Shown here: in pieces, positions 20,201 through 30,246 of the stretch
Numbering within the stretch: the stretch's first letter is position 1
Layout of the letters: each line of letters opens with the position of its first letter
IMG/VR virus record: IMGVR_UViG_3300031555_001519
Span: 73,478 to 137,477 of that record
Strand: one strand, 5' to 3'
DNA from: a virus
Lineage: Duplodnaviria; Caudoviricetes
Length of the DNA stretch: 64,000 nt
Made by a program: the position numbers and the translations under genes
The notes under the pieces: model-generated
The model's database searches: none
What the model saw: only the letters and a program-made list of their open reading frames with translations
Told to the model about the DNA's origin: nothing

Positions 20201-20677
20201 TCACTTGAATGTTAAAATAGAGTATTGTTGTTTCTCGGCAACATTCTCTGCATTTGTTTGTAATCTATCTAAAAATTTTTGGTTTCCCATTCCAATTTGA
20301 ATCATGGTAATAGGAGGGAAACTATGTATTCTATTATTCTTGTCTCTATTTTCAAAACCATGAAGTCCTTTTCTCCATGCAGATGAAGCAATTTCATATT
20401 CGCTAATACCAGCTCCTTTATATGGTTGCATATTATGAGAGCTAATCCTTACTCCACCATATATTGCTTTCCCATTGTTATGATAATAAGGAGAATACGA
20501 GTTGTTTAATAAATCATCTGTTCTGTTATAATATCTAGGAGTGTAATTATCATAAAAGCTTTGAATTGCATCTTTTGCCATTTCCGTTATTTCTTTTTCA
20601 GCCTGTTTACAATACGTTTCTGCAAAAGTTTTTAAATACAATTTAATATCTTTTTGTAACTGCCTTTCGTCAATCAT
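20201..20677 (-). CDS. putative neck/tail-completion protein
   Basis: FYDNYTPRYYNRT motif and position upstream of TMP. Start placed at MIDERQ after AAGGAG. Confidence 0.55.
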   Translation of the reverse strand: MIDERQLQKDIKLYLKTFAETYCKQAEKEITEMAKDAIQSFYDNYTPRYYNRTDDLLNNSYSPYYHNNGKAIYGGVRISSHNMQPYKGAGISEYEIASSAWRKGLHGFENRDKNNRIHSFPPITMIQIGMGNQKFLDRLQTNAENVAEKQQYSILTFK

Positions 20678-20755
20678 ATTTAATATGTTCTCCTTTCTTA
20701 TCTTATTTAAAATCAATCCCCAAGCTTTGACACCTGGGGATCGCAATAATACTAT

Positions 20756-21337
20756 CTATTTAATTTTCTTAATCAACTTATCCAAAGCAGTTACGATCTT
20801 ATTAACCTTTTTCTCATCACTAAGCACGTCTGCTATTTTATCCATTCCAGCACCGGCATAAACTCCTAATTTATGAGAAGCTGCTTCTACAAGGTTAGCA
20901 ACATAAGCTTCGGTGGAAGTGTGTTGTGCATACCATGTGTCCATAACTTGAGACTGTATATTCATTAATTCATCAACATCGGAACCGATGGTATTAAGAA
21001 TCTTTCCAATAAGTCCAGTTGATTGTAGACTATCATAAGACTCACAAACCAAAGGTTGTCCATCTTCATTTTTATCTGGCTCAATATCTGTATATAATAT
21101 CAAAACAGCCATTGTAAGATTCAGCTTAGATGTAATCAAGTCAATGTATTTACCGGTAGAACCTTCTACAACTGATTTATCATTCATTGCTTCTAAAATT
21201 GCCTTCTTTTTTAAAATAGGAGCATATGTAGTTTTTACATGTTCCTTTACATACTTGTCCTTTAATTGATCATTATTTAATTTACTATATCTTTCTACAA
21301 ATGTAGATACTGTGATTCTTTCTCTTACTTCACTCAT
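20756..21337 (-). CDS. hypothetical protein, possible tail assembly chaperone
   Basis: AAGGAG RBS before MSEVRE; lies between major tail protein and TMP. Confidence 0.55.
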   Translation of the reverse strand: MSEVRERITVSTFVERYSKLNNDQLKDKYVKEHVKTTYAPILKKKAILEAMNDKSVVEGSTGKYIDLITSKLNLTMAVLILYTDIEPDKNEDGQPLVCESYDSLQSTGLIGKILNTIGSDVDELMNIQSQVMDTWYAQHTSTEAYVANLVEAASHKLGVYAGAGMDKIADVLSDEKKVNKIVTALDKLIKKIK

Positions 21338-21535
21338 TTTTATTCTCCTTATTTTCCAATTCAATATAAAAATCTCTTGCTTCTTGTTCGGTAACTTCTT
21401 GTAAATTACCTCGGTTATATCTATCCATTAATGATAAGAGTAGATACCCATATTTATTATCTCTTTTACTAATTAAACTAATATAATCCCACTTATTCAT
21501 TATTTGCTCCCTAATATCAGTGTTTAATTTGTTTA

Positions 21536-21733
21536 CTAGTATGCTTTTTTTAAGTTGTCATGAATGCAATCTAAACACAATTCATCACCGGTGCATTCGT
21601 CAATATACAAGTCCTCTGCCTGAACCTCGTAACCACATTTATCACAATAGTAGGCATATGAATCATCTCTAAGAGGGCAAAACATCATGCATGGCAACCC
21701 ACAATTTATACAATTATTTACTTTCTTCCTCAT
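21536..21733 (-). CDS. small Cys-rich Zn-binding protein
   Basis: CINC, CDKC and CLDC motifs; AGGAG RBS. Confidence 0.7.
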   Translation of the reverse strand: MRKKVNNCINCGLPCMMFCPLRDDSYAYYCDKCGYEVQAEDLYIDECTGDELCLDCIHDNLKKAY

Positions 21734-21759
21734 ATTTTTCTCCTTGTAATCCTTGTGTC

Positions 21760-21960
21760 TTAATCCTTATAAACTTGAAAATTCCAATTCCACCCATCTT
21801 TTGTCCAAATGGAATAATAATTAGAATAGGCATTATATTTGATGCGATCTATTTGTGGACTTTTATTTATATCCGATATTTCCAAATAAACAGAAGAGGA
21901 GAGCTGTCCATTATTCAACTTGATTATTTTATCTATTTCCCAGGAATACACATGTATCAC
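21760..21960 (-). CDS. hypothetical protein
   Basis: 66-aa ORF overlapping the stop of the RusA-like gene. Confidence 0.6.
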   Translation of the reverse strand: MIHVYSWEIDKIIKLNNGQLSSSVYLEISDINKSPQIDRIKYNAYSNYYSIWTKDGWNWNFQVYKD

Positions 21961-22523
21961 TCCTTATATTTATTGCAAACCATATTTTGTATTTCTTTTT
22001 GTATACGTCCTTCTTTTGCTTTATTTAAAATAGAACAGTTGCGAGAGTAACGTTTACAATTTTTACACTTATCTTCAAACTGATTTAATTGTTCTTGATT
22101 ATCAAAAATCCCAATATAGTCCACAGGATAAATAGTTAATTCTATATGAGGATTCGCAGAATCGTAATAGATACGATTTATTCTTTCACATACTACATTG
22201 TCATCCACCCAAATTAATTGAGTATCAGTAATGGTATCTAGACTTACCTTAAAATAGTTATTTGCATCCATATCAATTCTTGGAAAATAAAAAACAGCAT
22301 CAACATAAAAATGTTGTGCTGGATTTAATGGCATATTCCAATTTTGAATTTTTACTTGTTCTCGTATGTATTCTTCAAACTTTTTCTGAAAATCTTTTGC
22401 TTCTTTTGTTTTATAGCTCATTGCCATAGGTTTACCATTTTTCATAATAGTTCTATAAGCCAGATAATGATTAACAGAAATAAAGTCCTCAATAAATAGT
22501 TTTAATTCTTGTCTACAACTCAT
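21957..22523 (-). CDS. rusA: RusA-family Holliday junction resolvase
   Basis: SVNHY, DMDANNYFKVSLD, WVDDNVV and PHIELTI motifs. Confidence 0.8.
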   Translation of the reverse strand: MSCRQELKLFIEDFISVNHYLAYRTIMKNGKPMAMSYKTKEAKDFQKKFEEYIREQVKIQNWNMPLNPAQHFYVDAVFYFPRIDMDANNYFKVSLDTITDTQLIWVDDNVVCERINRIYYDSANPHIELTIYPVDYIGIFDNQEQLNQFEDKCKNCKRYSRNCSILNKAKEGRIQKEIQNMVCNKYKE

Positions 22524-22569
22524 TTATCATTTTCCTTTTATTCGTTAAAATAGAGTAAGAGATTATTCT

Positions 22570-22824
22570 CTACTCAGTGTCATCTATAATTTCGTATGTA
22601 ATATCTACAGGAACAACAACCATTTCTATATCTAATCCGGTATCCATATAATAATACTGAAGAATTGATTCGGCCAATTTTTTACTCATTGCTTTTGTGG
22701 CAACTTCAATATCTTCTACAAAATAATATTCTTTCTTTGCAGGTATTTTCTTTAAATATAGTGTAGGATTATCTAATGTAGCAATTACATATTTTCTTAT
22801 TTTCTTTTCTAAATAACTTTTCAT
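22570..22824 (-). CDS. hypothetical protein
   Basis: 84-aa co-oriented ORF. Confidence 0.7.
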   Translation of the reverse strand: MKSYLEKKIRKYVIATLDNPTLYLKKIPAKKEYYFVEDIEVATKAMSKKLAESILQYYYMDTGLDIEMVVVPVDITYEIIDDTE

Positions 22825-22826
22825 AT

Positions 22827-23048
22827 TTACTCCAATTCATGTGCCAACCAAGCTTGATATAAGTCTTTTGTTTCTTCTCTTAAAAAGATATAAACAATAA
22901 TATCTTTTCCATCCTCACTAATACCTGGATACATATCAATTGGAAATACTCTATGCTTTACATACCTTTTATATTGTACCTCATTTACAATTCTACACAC
23001 TTCTTTTTCAGTGTATGGACGAGGTTTCAAATTTGATTCAATTTTCAT
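22827..23048 (-). CDS. hypothetical protein
   Basis: 73-aa ORF with AGGAG/AAGGA RBS. Confidence 0.7.
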   Translation of the reverse strand: MKIESNLKPRPYTEKEVCRIVNEVQYKRYVKHRVFPIDMYPGISEDGKDIIVYIFLREETKDLYQAWLAHELE

Positions 23049-23070
23049 ATCCTTTTTCTCCTTTTAAAGT

Positions 23071-23113
23071 AAAAAAAGGGGATACAACTCGAATAGTGAG
23101 CTGTATCCCCTTT
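23071..23113 (-). terminator. intrinsic terminator
   Basis: GGGGATACAGCTC...GAGTTGTATCCCC hairpin followed by a T run on the minus strand. Confidence 0.7.
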
Positions 23114-23136
23114 ATAATCAAATCACTATTCAAATA

Positions 23137-23544
23137 CTAATTCTTTTTGGCATACTTACCATATTTCTTTTTAATGTGTACTTTTTTGTCCTCTACCTTT
23201 TTAGGTTGTTCCATTACTACAGATTCAATTGAATTATCTTCTGTACCAGACTCTATTGGTTCTACTTCGTTAGCCTCAACATCGTACGCTTCGTTTATTA
23301 TTTTAATAATGTTTGGTCTTAAATTATCTTTGTAAGATAAGTCGCAGGCATCATATTTATCTTTTGCTGTTTCTTTTGTAATATATTTTCCTGCGTAATC
23401 TGTAGATATTTCAAAGATATTCATGCAATTCTCATTATGATACAAATTCATCCAGCGAGGAAGATGATCAAATTGAGAACAACCATTGCAAAATGTATAA
23501 ATTTTTCCGCAAGTAATACATTCCTTGTTATTTTTCTTCATCAT
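23137..23544 (-). CDS. hypothetical Zn-binding protein
   Basis: CITC...CNGC...HNENC; AAGGAG RBS. Confidence 0.7.
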   Translation of the reverse strand: MMKKNNKECITCGKIYTFCNGCSQFDHLPRWMNLYHNENCMNIFEISTDYAGKYITKETAKDKYDACDLSYKDNLRPNIIKIINEAYDVEANEVEPIESGTEDNSIESVVMEQPKKVEDKKVHIKKKYGKYAKKN

Positions 23545-23654
23545 ATTATGTAGCTCCTTAATCAATTACTTATAAGAGCCATATAAATATGACTCTAAAA
23601 CAGCAAGCAGACTATGACATCTGCTTGCCGTAATAATAACTATTTATTTTCAGA

Positions 23655-24437
23655 TTATTCTTCTTCATCGTCAGAAGCGATGTAGATTTCATAAAGAGTC
23701 TTATCAGCAGAACAATAGTCTACCTGCAATGTTCCTTTATATTCCATCTGAGCATCAGTTGTAAGGTTAATAGAAACCTCAGGAGATACCTGGAAAGAAG
23801 GCAGAACAATGTAGCAAGCACGCAGAGTATCTGCAGAACAAGGATCTACACAAAGTGCCTTAAGAGTTAATCTAACAGTTCCAGGGAACTTATCAGCACT
23901 ATTCTTAATAGCAACACCTTCAGCTACGGTTCTGTTGTATTTAACAACATACTGGGTTTCAGCAGCATCGGTAGGAGGTGTAAGAACACCTTCAGTGGAA
24001 ATAGCATATTCTGTATCACTAGCTGCAGTGCCGGACTTATAAGCCTTACCCATGGTTCCGTTTGTAGAAAGAGCGTTAACGGTTACAGTACCCTTAACAT
24101 AATCTGCCAAAGTAATTGTTTTTCCGGATTTTACGGTTACAATCTTAGGCATAGTAATAGTAGCACCAGTAGAAGCCTCTACCTTACCACTACCAGAAGC
24201 AGCACCAAGAATGTTAAGATTTAACATTGCGTTATTTGCTGTAAATTCACCAGATTTACCCTGATAGAATCTCTTAATCAGAGTACCGGTAGCATCAACT
24301 GCGTCCTTAGACTCAGCGGTAATATCAATTGTAGCATCAGCAAGCTGAGTTAAAGTATAAAGCATATTGCCATCAAAATCTTCTGCTACACCCATCTGGA
24401 TTCTGTCGATAATAATATCATCCAATCTAAATGCCAT
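23655..24437 (-). CDS. major tail protein
   Basis: 260 aa, Ala/Thr-rich, strong AAGGAG RBS; lies after the neck genes. Confidence 0.7.
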   Translation of the reverse strand: MAFRLDDIIIDRIQMGVAEDFDGNMLYTLTQLADATIDITAESKDAVDATGTLIKRFYQGKSGEFTANNAMLNLNILGAASGSGKVEASTGATITMPKIVTVKSGKTITLADYVKGTVTVNALSTNGTMGKAYKSGTAASDTEYAISTEGVLTPPTDAAETQYVVKYNRTVAEGVAIKNSADKFPGTVRLTLKALCVDPCSADTLRACYIVLPSFQVSPEVSINLTTDAQMEYKGTLQVDYCSADKTLYEIYIASDDEEE

Positions 24438-24515
24438 ATTTTTTTCTCCTTTCAAATTTTGCATAAAAATAGAAGAGTGGCTTCACTCTTCTTGGTTGGC
24501 GTTTCTATTTAATTT

Positions 24516-25292
24516 TTAATTGTCATCAATATCTCTCATAAAGTTAAACAATTTCTTATCCACCTTAGAAAGATCGCACATACCTGAATACATTCCGGAA
24601 TTCAAAGCAACAGTGCTTTCATAAATCTGTAATCTTTGAACACTATCCATGAATTGAACTATTCCAATTTCTCGAAGTTCGTTCAATTTATATTTAAACC
24701 CAGGATGATTGATACATGATGACACTAAGGGTAACAATATTGATTTAGATTTGTTTTTATTCTTTTTCTTCTCAAATTCTAAATTCATTCGATCTTCTCC
24801 AATAATTGCTTCCTTAGTAGCTTTTCCCTTAGCTTTTTCAACTTTAGGATATATATTAAACATCAGACGTAAATACTCGGAAATACATCTGTATGTTTCT
24901 TCATTTATTTCGATGTTTTCATCTCGACTATATAAAGTCAAAACTTCTGTGTCATCTATCTTTTTAATGAATAAATCAAAAGACTGAAAATCTAAATCAC
25001 CAAATAACAAATAGGTTGCGTTTTTATCTAACCCTTTAATAAGCATACAGAATAATTCATAATCAGATATTTTATTCCAGTCAACACCCATATCCCATAA
25101 TTGCAATCTATATGAAGTAGTATTAGCTACAAAAGTATTTAACATAGAATAAAATCCTGTTTCTCCAAACTCTAAAATGTCACCAATGGTTGGTTGATTA
25201 ATTTTAAGTTCGCATGTTTCTGTTTCAATAGTATATGGTTCTCCAAAATACATTTTTAATCTATCAAATTCAAATTCTGATGAAGTTGTCAT
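24516..25292 (-). CDS. virion morphogenesis protein (SPbeta-like neck/tail module)
   Basis: 258-aa ORF in the structural operon. Confidence 0.6.
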   Translation of the reverse strand: MTTSSEFEFDRLKMYFGEPYTIETETCELKINQPTIGDILEFGETGFYSMLNTFVANTTSYRLQLWDMGVDWNKISDYELFCMLIKGLDKNATYLLFGDLDFQSFDLFIKKIDDTEVLTLYSRDENIEINEETYRCISEYLRLMFNIYPKVEKAKGKATKEAIIGEDRMNLEFEKKKNKNKSKSILLPLVSSCINHPGFKYKLNELREIGIVQFMDSVQRLQIYESTVALNSGMYSGMCDLSKVDKKLFNFMRDIDDN

Positions 25293-25881
25293 AAGATTTT
25301 CTCACCCCGCTTCCTAAATTGTTAGGAGCTTCTATTTTAAATTTAATAGTTCTTGCATAATATTTTGTATCAATAATATCATTGAAATCATTAACACATT
25401 TAAGTTGCATGCCCAAAACATTAGTCCAACATAATAAATCCTTTACTATATAGTCCAATAAATCGGTTCTTACAATTCCATATTCGGTATCCATATCATC
25501 TTCATGTACTAAACACATAACGATAAGATATTGATTTTTAATCACATTATTTGTATAAGATACGTCACTATCATCAATATCAAACATAACAAAATTCAAC
25601 ACTTCCTTCTGAATGCCATTAAGTTTAAGGAATGGTACAATCTGTTGGTGCTGAATTTTTTCATTATATTCTTCAATTTCTTGACGAAGCTTAAGTTCTT
25701 CTTCGGTTGGATTGGCAGGGTCAACGTATTTATTCAATGGTCGTTTTGGCTTTTGACCAAGAATTTCGATTAAGTCTTCATCACTTTCAAACATCTTCTT
25801 GATTTTATCCTTTTTCCAGATAATGTCAGAAGTTTCGTTTTTCTTTTCAAAATCCCTAATCTCATCTAAGTTTCGTTTCAT
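25270..25881 (-). CDS. putative tail terminator/neck protein
   Basis: 203 aa, synteny, RTDLL motif. Confidence 0.5.
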   Translation of the reverse strand: MKRNLDEIRDFEKKNETSDIIWKKDKIKKMFESDEDLIEILGQKPKRPLNKYVDPANPTEEELKLRQEIEEYNEKIQHQQIVPFLKLNGIQKEVLNFVMFDIDDSDVSYTNNVIKNQYLIVMCLVHEDDMDTEYGIVRTDLLDYIVKDLLCWTNVLGMQLKCVNDFNDIIDTKYYARTIKFKIEAPNNLGSGVRKSYDNFIRI

Positions 25882-27065
25882 TAGTCAGCCACCTCCAATT
25901 CAATAGAAGAGTAGTATTCTCCAATAGAATTACTAACTGATAAAATAAATTTCTTGCCTTTAAGACTAGAAGCTTTAGCAGGCTTAACAGCGAGAGTGGA
26001 AGCATCAAATTTGGTTAATTTCATTAAGCCAATATAGTATTCTTTTTCTTCATCTGTTAATGTTGTGTCCATTGGTATAATCCTCCATTGAGGGTCTATA
26101 CCAGTATCAGAAAATTCAACTTCATAGTAATAAGTTTTCCCTATCTCTAATTCAGTTTCTGCCCCTTGCTCAAGCTCTCCGTTAACATTAACTGTCATCC
26201 ATTTAATTTCAGAAGTCTTTGTTGTATCCGGCATTTCATTTACTGGTTCATCTATAACAATATCCCCTTCATCGGTATAATAATCACATATATGAAGTTC
26301 AATATTATCTCGTTTTGTATTGAGTTCATCTTGTTTGATAGATAATTTTATAATACCTTGTGGATTTATATCTGTAATTTTTGTTACTTGATAAATCTTT
26401 GGTTCCAAGTCATTATTTGACATAAAGAACCTTTGCATATACATAATTGTTCTTGTATCACATAATCCAAGTTCTTCTAATTTATCTCCGTATACATGGT
26501 ACGTGTCAGGTATGAATGCTGATGTGAGATTGTCAAGACTTAATGTATACTCATCTCGCCAAACACCACTTGTATAAGAGTTGGCATTCTTACTACATGC
26601 CCAACAAGTCATTATTTTACCCTTGTATATCCATCGGAAATCCCAATCACATTTCAAAATCATATATCTAACATAAGCATTTGCTTCATCTCGACCTACA
26701 ATAATCCACCATTGAGTACGATTATTTATAGGTTGCGTAAAAGGATCATCAATTTCAGACTCTTTCAAATTAATATCTGGAGAGGTATCATCCGGTACAA
26801 TAACATAGCTACCTACTGGATAATGAACTTTAGGTCTAAACTGTAAATAATAATCTACAGCATCTTTTGAGATAGAAGGAGCAGAATGAAACTGATACTT
26901 TGCATCTTCCCATTTCCAACCTTCTTTTGTTAGAATATAGACTTTTTTATATGTAGGGTCTAATGTAAATGTATTATTCATAATTACATCAGATTGTGTT
27001 CTTTTAACTTGACCAAGAGTGTTTCCACGAGTTGATAAATAATTCTTATAAGAATTAATATTCAT
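25881..27065 (-). CDS. putative head-closure/neck protein with C-terminal beta-rich domain
   Basis: GGAGG RBS before MNINSY; synteny after the adaptor genes. Confidence 0.55.
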   Translation of the reverse strand: MNINSYKNYLSTRGNTLGQVKRTQSDVIMNNTFTLDPTYKKVYILTKEGWKWEDAKYQFHSAPSISKDAVDYYLQFRPKVHYPVGSYVIVPDDTSPDINLKESEIDDPFTQPINNRTQWWIIVGRDEANAYVRYMILKCDWDFRWIYKGKIMTCWACSKNANSYTSGVWRDEYTLSLDNLTSAFIPDTYHVYGDKLEELGLCDTRTIMYMQRFFMSNNDLEPKIYQVTKITDINPQGIIKLSIKQDELNTKRDNIELHICDYYTDEGDIVIDEPVNEMPDTTKTSEIKWMTVNVNGELEQGAETELEIGKTYYYEVEFSDTGIDPQWRIIPMDTTLTDEEKEYYIGLMKLTKFDASTLAVKPAKASSLKGKKFILSVSNSIGEYYSSIELEVAD

Positions 27066-27069
27066 AATA

Positions 27070-27396
27070 TCAACCTCCAATCTTATCAATCAAAGAATGT
27101 GCATCTAAAATAAGTTTCCTATAAGACTTATAATCAAAATCTACTTTTTTCGATTCAATCAGTGCAGCCTCCAACAAACTCATAATCGCAACAATCTCAG
27201 TTGGATAGGAGAGTAATTCATTCAACCCATCCATTCGCCTCATTAGTCCGTCAAAATATTTATTAAAATCTACATTAAGATATTTGTTTTTTGTTTTTGG
27301 GTCTTTGTATATTAAGAGCCAAAATAATTCTTTGTGTAACTTAACTTTATAATTCTCCATTTGTTCGTCATCAAAATATCCATAAATATGTTGCAT
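27070..27396 (-). CDS. hypothetical structural-region protein
   Basis: 108-aa ORF in the operon. Confidence 0.65.
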   Translation of the reverse strand: MQHIYGYFDDEQMENYKVKLHKELFWLLIYKDPKTKNKYLNVDFNKYFDGLMRRMDGLNELLSYPTEIVAIMSLLEAALIESKKVDFDYKSYRKLILDAHSLIDKIGG

Positions 27397-27398
27397 GG

Positions 27399-27860
27399 TT
27401 ATTCACCATCCAGATAAGAGTTCCATGCATAACCCCTGTCGGCTATCATGCGTCTCTGTTGTTTTTTACAACTATTTATTAAGTTTTGAAGTTCAGATAA
27501 ATGTGCTGATTGTGAATAGAATTTCTCTTCTTTAGAACCAAACATCTGAGCAATATTATTAATGCTATTTTTTTTTGGTTCTAACCAAGCAACTACAACA
27601 CCAAGAGCCAAGACTTCAACAACAAATTCCTCGTCAGAAAAATTATCTACGGAATACTTAATTTCGTATTCAATTTGTTGTATCTCGTCATCCAAACTAA
27701 AAGTGCTAAATAATCTACGAACATATGGATTAGCAGAAGCAGAATGAATCCAGTCACACAACAATTCATTCAAATCATCTTCTGGTAACTCTATAAAGTC
27801 ATATGCCTCAATTTTACTAAAGAGGCGAGAATAAATTTTGTTATAATCTAAAGAGGTCAT
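27399..27860 (-). CDS. putative head-tail adaptor
   Basis: 153 aa; EVLALGVVVAWLEP...FYSQSAHL; synteny. Confidence 0.6.
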   Translation of the reverse strand: MTSLDYNKIYSRLFSKIEAYDFIELPEDDLNELLCDWIHSASANPYVRRLFSTFSLDDEIQQIEYEIKYSVDNFSDEEFVVEVLALGVVVAWLEPKKNSINNIAQMFGSKEEKFYSQSAHLSELQNLINSCKKQQRRMIADRGYAWNSYLDGE

Positions 27861-27877
27861 ATTCTACCTCCTGTCTT

Positions 27878-28468
27878 TTACAACAATTCAGTCATTAACA
27901 TGAGCTGCGTATTAAAAATCTCATCAAGAATCTTTATTTTTGTAACACTGTCTAAAGTGCCATTAGCAATCATTGTTGCAGCTATACTCTTAATGGAGTC
28001 TTTAGCTCCATCTGGCAAACTTAAAATAGTCTGCTTCATACTCTTAGGATCGAGTGAAAGAACATCTTTAATATCGTTTAATGTATACATTGTTTCGTAT
28101 TTCTCTTTTACGGAAGGATTCTGACACAAGAACTCTTCATCATCAATTATAAAACGAGGCTTAAATACAAAACCACTGTTTGCACGAGTAGCATAAATTA
28201 AATCCTGATATTCAATATCCTGTTCGTCTCCTCTATCAGCCCATCTATATAAAGACTTTGTTTTTTCGCCAATCATTAATAATTCACCAGATGTAATAGA
28301 AACACATCTAATTAATTCATCTGCGGCGAATTTACGTGGTACAACAACCTTCTCTGCAACCGGAGCTTCAGCTTCAACAACCTTTGTTTCTACGGTTGAA
28401 GTTGAATCAACAGTTGTGGCGGTAGTTGCCTTTTTTGCAGTTGTATTTTTAGACATAGTTTTTGCCAT
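27878..28468 (-). CDS. hypothetical head-associated protein
   Basis: 196 aa immediately after the capsid gene. Confidence 0.7.
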   Translation of the reverse strand: MAKTMSKNTTAKKATTATTVDSTSTVETKVVEAEAPVAEKVVVPRKFAADELIRCVSITSGELLMIGEKTKSLYRWADRGDEQDIEYQDLIYATRANSGFVFKPRFIIDDEEFLCQNPSVKEKYETMYTLNDIKDVLSLDPKSMKQTILSLPDGAKDSIKSIAATMIANGTLDSVTKIKILDEIFNTQLMLMTELL

Positions 28469-28493
28469 TATATTTACTCCTTTTAATCAAATA

Positions 28494-28517
28494 TTGGGGT
28501 AGAAAAATCTACCCCAA
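28494..28517 (-). terminator. hairpin downstream of the capsid gene
   Basis: Perfect inverted repeat TTGGGGTAGA-AAAA-TCTACCCCAA. Confidence 0.55.
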
Positions 28518-28538
28518 TTACTTTTAATATTTTTTAAA

Positions 28539-29660
28539 TTAAGCTTCAATACTCCATGCACCAAAGAACTGACCGATCTGAGTAGCAATACCCATTTCTC
28601 TATGTACTTCATAGCTCTGGAAGTCGTCTGCGTAAGCACCCTTTTCATTAACTTCACGAATTTCGGTTTCACCTACATCTACGAACTTAACAAACTTTTC
28701 AGCGGTTCTAGGCATAATAAGTAACTTATCAGAAGCAACAAGCTTAACACCAGTATTACCTACAGCGAATCTCTGTGGAATCTCAATCAGAGTTGTACCT
28801 TCATAGCTACCTAATCTACCAAGAGTATTAATCTGTTTCTTCTGCTCATCAGAAGCCCATTCAACATCAGCAAAAGCGGTTAACTTCTTAAGAGCTGTCT
28901 TAGTACCCATAATTATAACTTCAGCAGCATTAGCAGATGCAACATCTTCAAGCAATGTATCAAAAGTTTCCTTTGTAGCAGAACCGATAGCACCGGTCTT
29001 ATTAAACTGGCTATTTGCAGGTAACTGATCAGCAGCATGAATAACCTCGTCATACATCATAGCCTGAACCTTCATAATGAAAGCTTCTGCAATCTTATCT
29101 GTTAACTTGGTAAAATCAAGTCTGCCAGTTGTTACCATATCAATATCAGCTCCAACCTTAACAGCAAACTTAGAAGTTGTTACTCTATGAGCCTCGCCTT
29201 CACCAAGTGTCTGCATTGTTAAGTCATGGTGATCGCCAGCAACCTTAGCAACTTCAAGGTATACTTTTGCATCTGTCCAGAATTCATTTTCATCACCAAG
29301 TGCAAGATTCTTCATTTCAACGAACTCGTTGAACCATTCAGACTCCTTAAAGCCCTCCTGAATCTTAAATTCGATTTCTTCCTCAAGAACTTCGAAAAGC
29401 TCGGTGTGATGCTTCTCATATGCTCTACGTCTAGCCTTCTTAGACTTAACGGTTTCTTCATTTAATTCAAGGATTTCGAAAATTACCTTCTGAACAGCCT
29501 TGTTAGCTTCAGCCTTAGAAATTTTCTTCTTATTACCATCCTCATCATATTCATAAATTTCATTACCACGATTTAAATCGTATGTTAACTGCTTAAATGC
29601 TTCATACTTGCCTTCTTCAGCAAATACTGTATTTAAATGATTTGTAGAAAATGTCATCAT
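28539..29660 (-). CDS. major capsid protein
   Basis: 373 aa, AGGAGG RBS, order portal-protease-decoration-capsid as in SPbeta yonE-yonD-yonC-yonB. Confidence 0.8.
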   Translation of the reverse strand: MMTFSTNHLNTVFAEEGKYEAFKQLTYDLNRGNEIYEYDEDGNKKKISKAEANKAVQKVIFEILELNEETVKSKKARRRAYEKHHTELFEVLEEEIEFKIQEGFKESEWFNEFVEMKNLALGDENEFWTDAKVYLEVAKVAGDHHDLTMQTLGEGEAHRVTTSKFAVKVGADIDMVTTGRLDFTKLTDKIAEAFIMKVQAMMYDEVIHAADQLPANSQFNKTGAIGSATKETFDTLLEDVASANAAEVIIMGTKTALKKLTAFADVEWASDEQKKQINTLGRLGSYEGTTLIEIPQRFAVGNTGVKLVASDKLLIMPRTAEKFVKFVDVGETEIREVNEKGAYADDFQSYEVHREMGIATQIGQFFGAWSIEA

Positions 29661-29684
29661 AATTCTTTATTCCTCCTTTCTTAA

Positions 29685-30152
29685 TTACTCTGCTACTACC
29701 ATCTTCTTGCTAGCAACAGAAGAGATAGTCTTGCCTACTGCTGGTGTGCCACTGAATGCTTCAGCGGATACTTCAAAACGGTCATACTTATGTAAGCCAT
29801 AGCAACGTACATTTTCGCCAGCCTTGTTATAGAAGTTACTAATCTTCTTGAAGGTGTTGCTATATTCCTCAGCAATAAGAGGCTTCTCGTAAACGAGAAC
29901 TGCATCGCCAGGATCTGTTACCATTACTAAGTAGTTACCATTTGTCATCTGCTGAACAATCTTTCCACCAAAAGTTGTTACTGCAGCCTCTCCAAAGAGG
30001 TCTAAAGACAAATAATCGCCAACAGCAACTAAATTGCCGTTGTCTGTGTCGCTGTCAAGCTGAATAGAAAACATGTGTTCTCCGTAATTCTGTGCAAGCA
30101 CATTTGCTGGATTGCAAACTGCATGCTTTGCAATTTCATAATGAATAGCCAT
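29685..30152 (-). CDS. putative capsid decoration protein
   Basis: 155 aa between protease and capsid genes; DTDNGNLVAVG motif. Confidence 0.65.
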   Translation of the reverse strand: MAIHYEIAKHAVCNPANVLAQNYGEHMFSIQLDSDTDNGNLVAVGDYLSLDLFGEAAVTTFGGKIVQQMTNGNYLVMVTDPGDAVLVYEKPLIAEEYSNTFKKISNFYNKAGENVRCYGLHKYDRFEVSAEAFSGTPAVGKTISSVASKKMVVAE

Positions 30153-30246
30153 AATTACATTTCTCCTTTCAAATTTTGAGCATAAAAATAACACCTTTAT
30201 AGGTGTTTGGTTAATTTTGTTATTTAATTAAAATCATTCGATTTAA

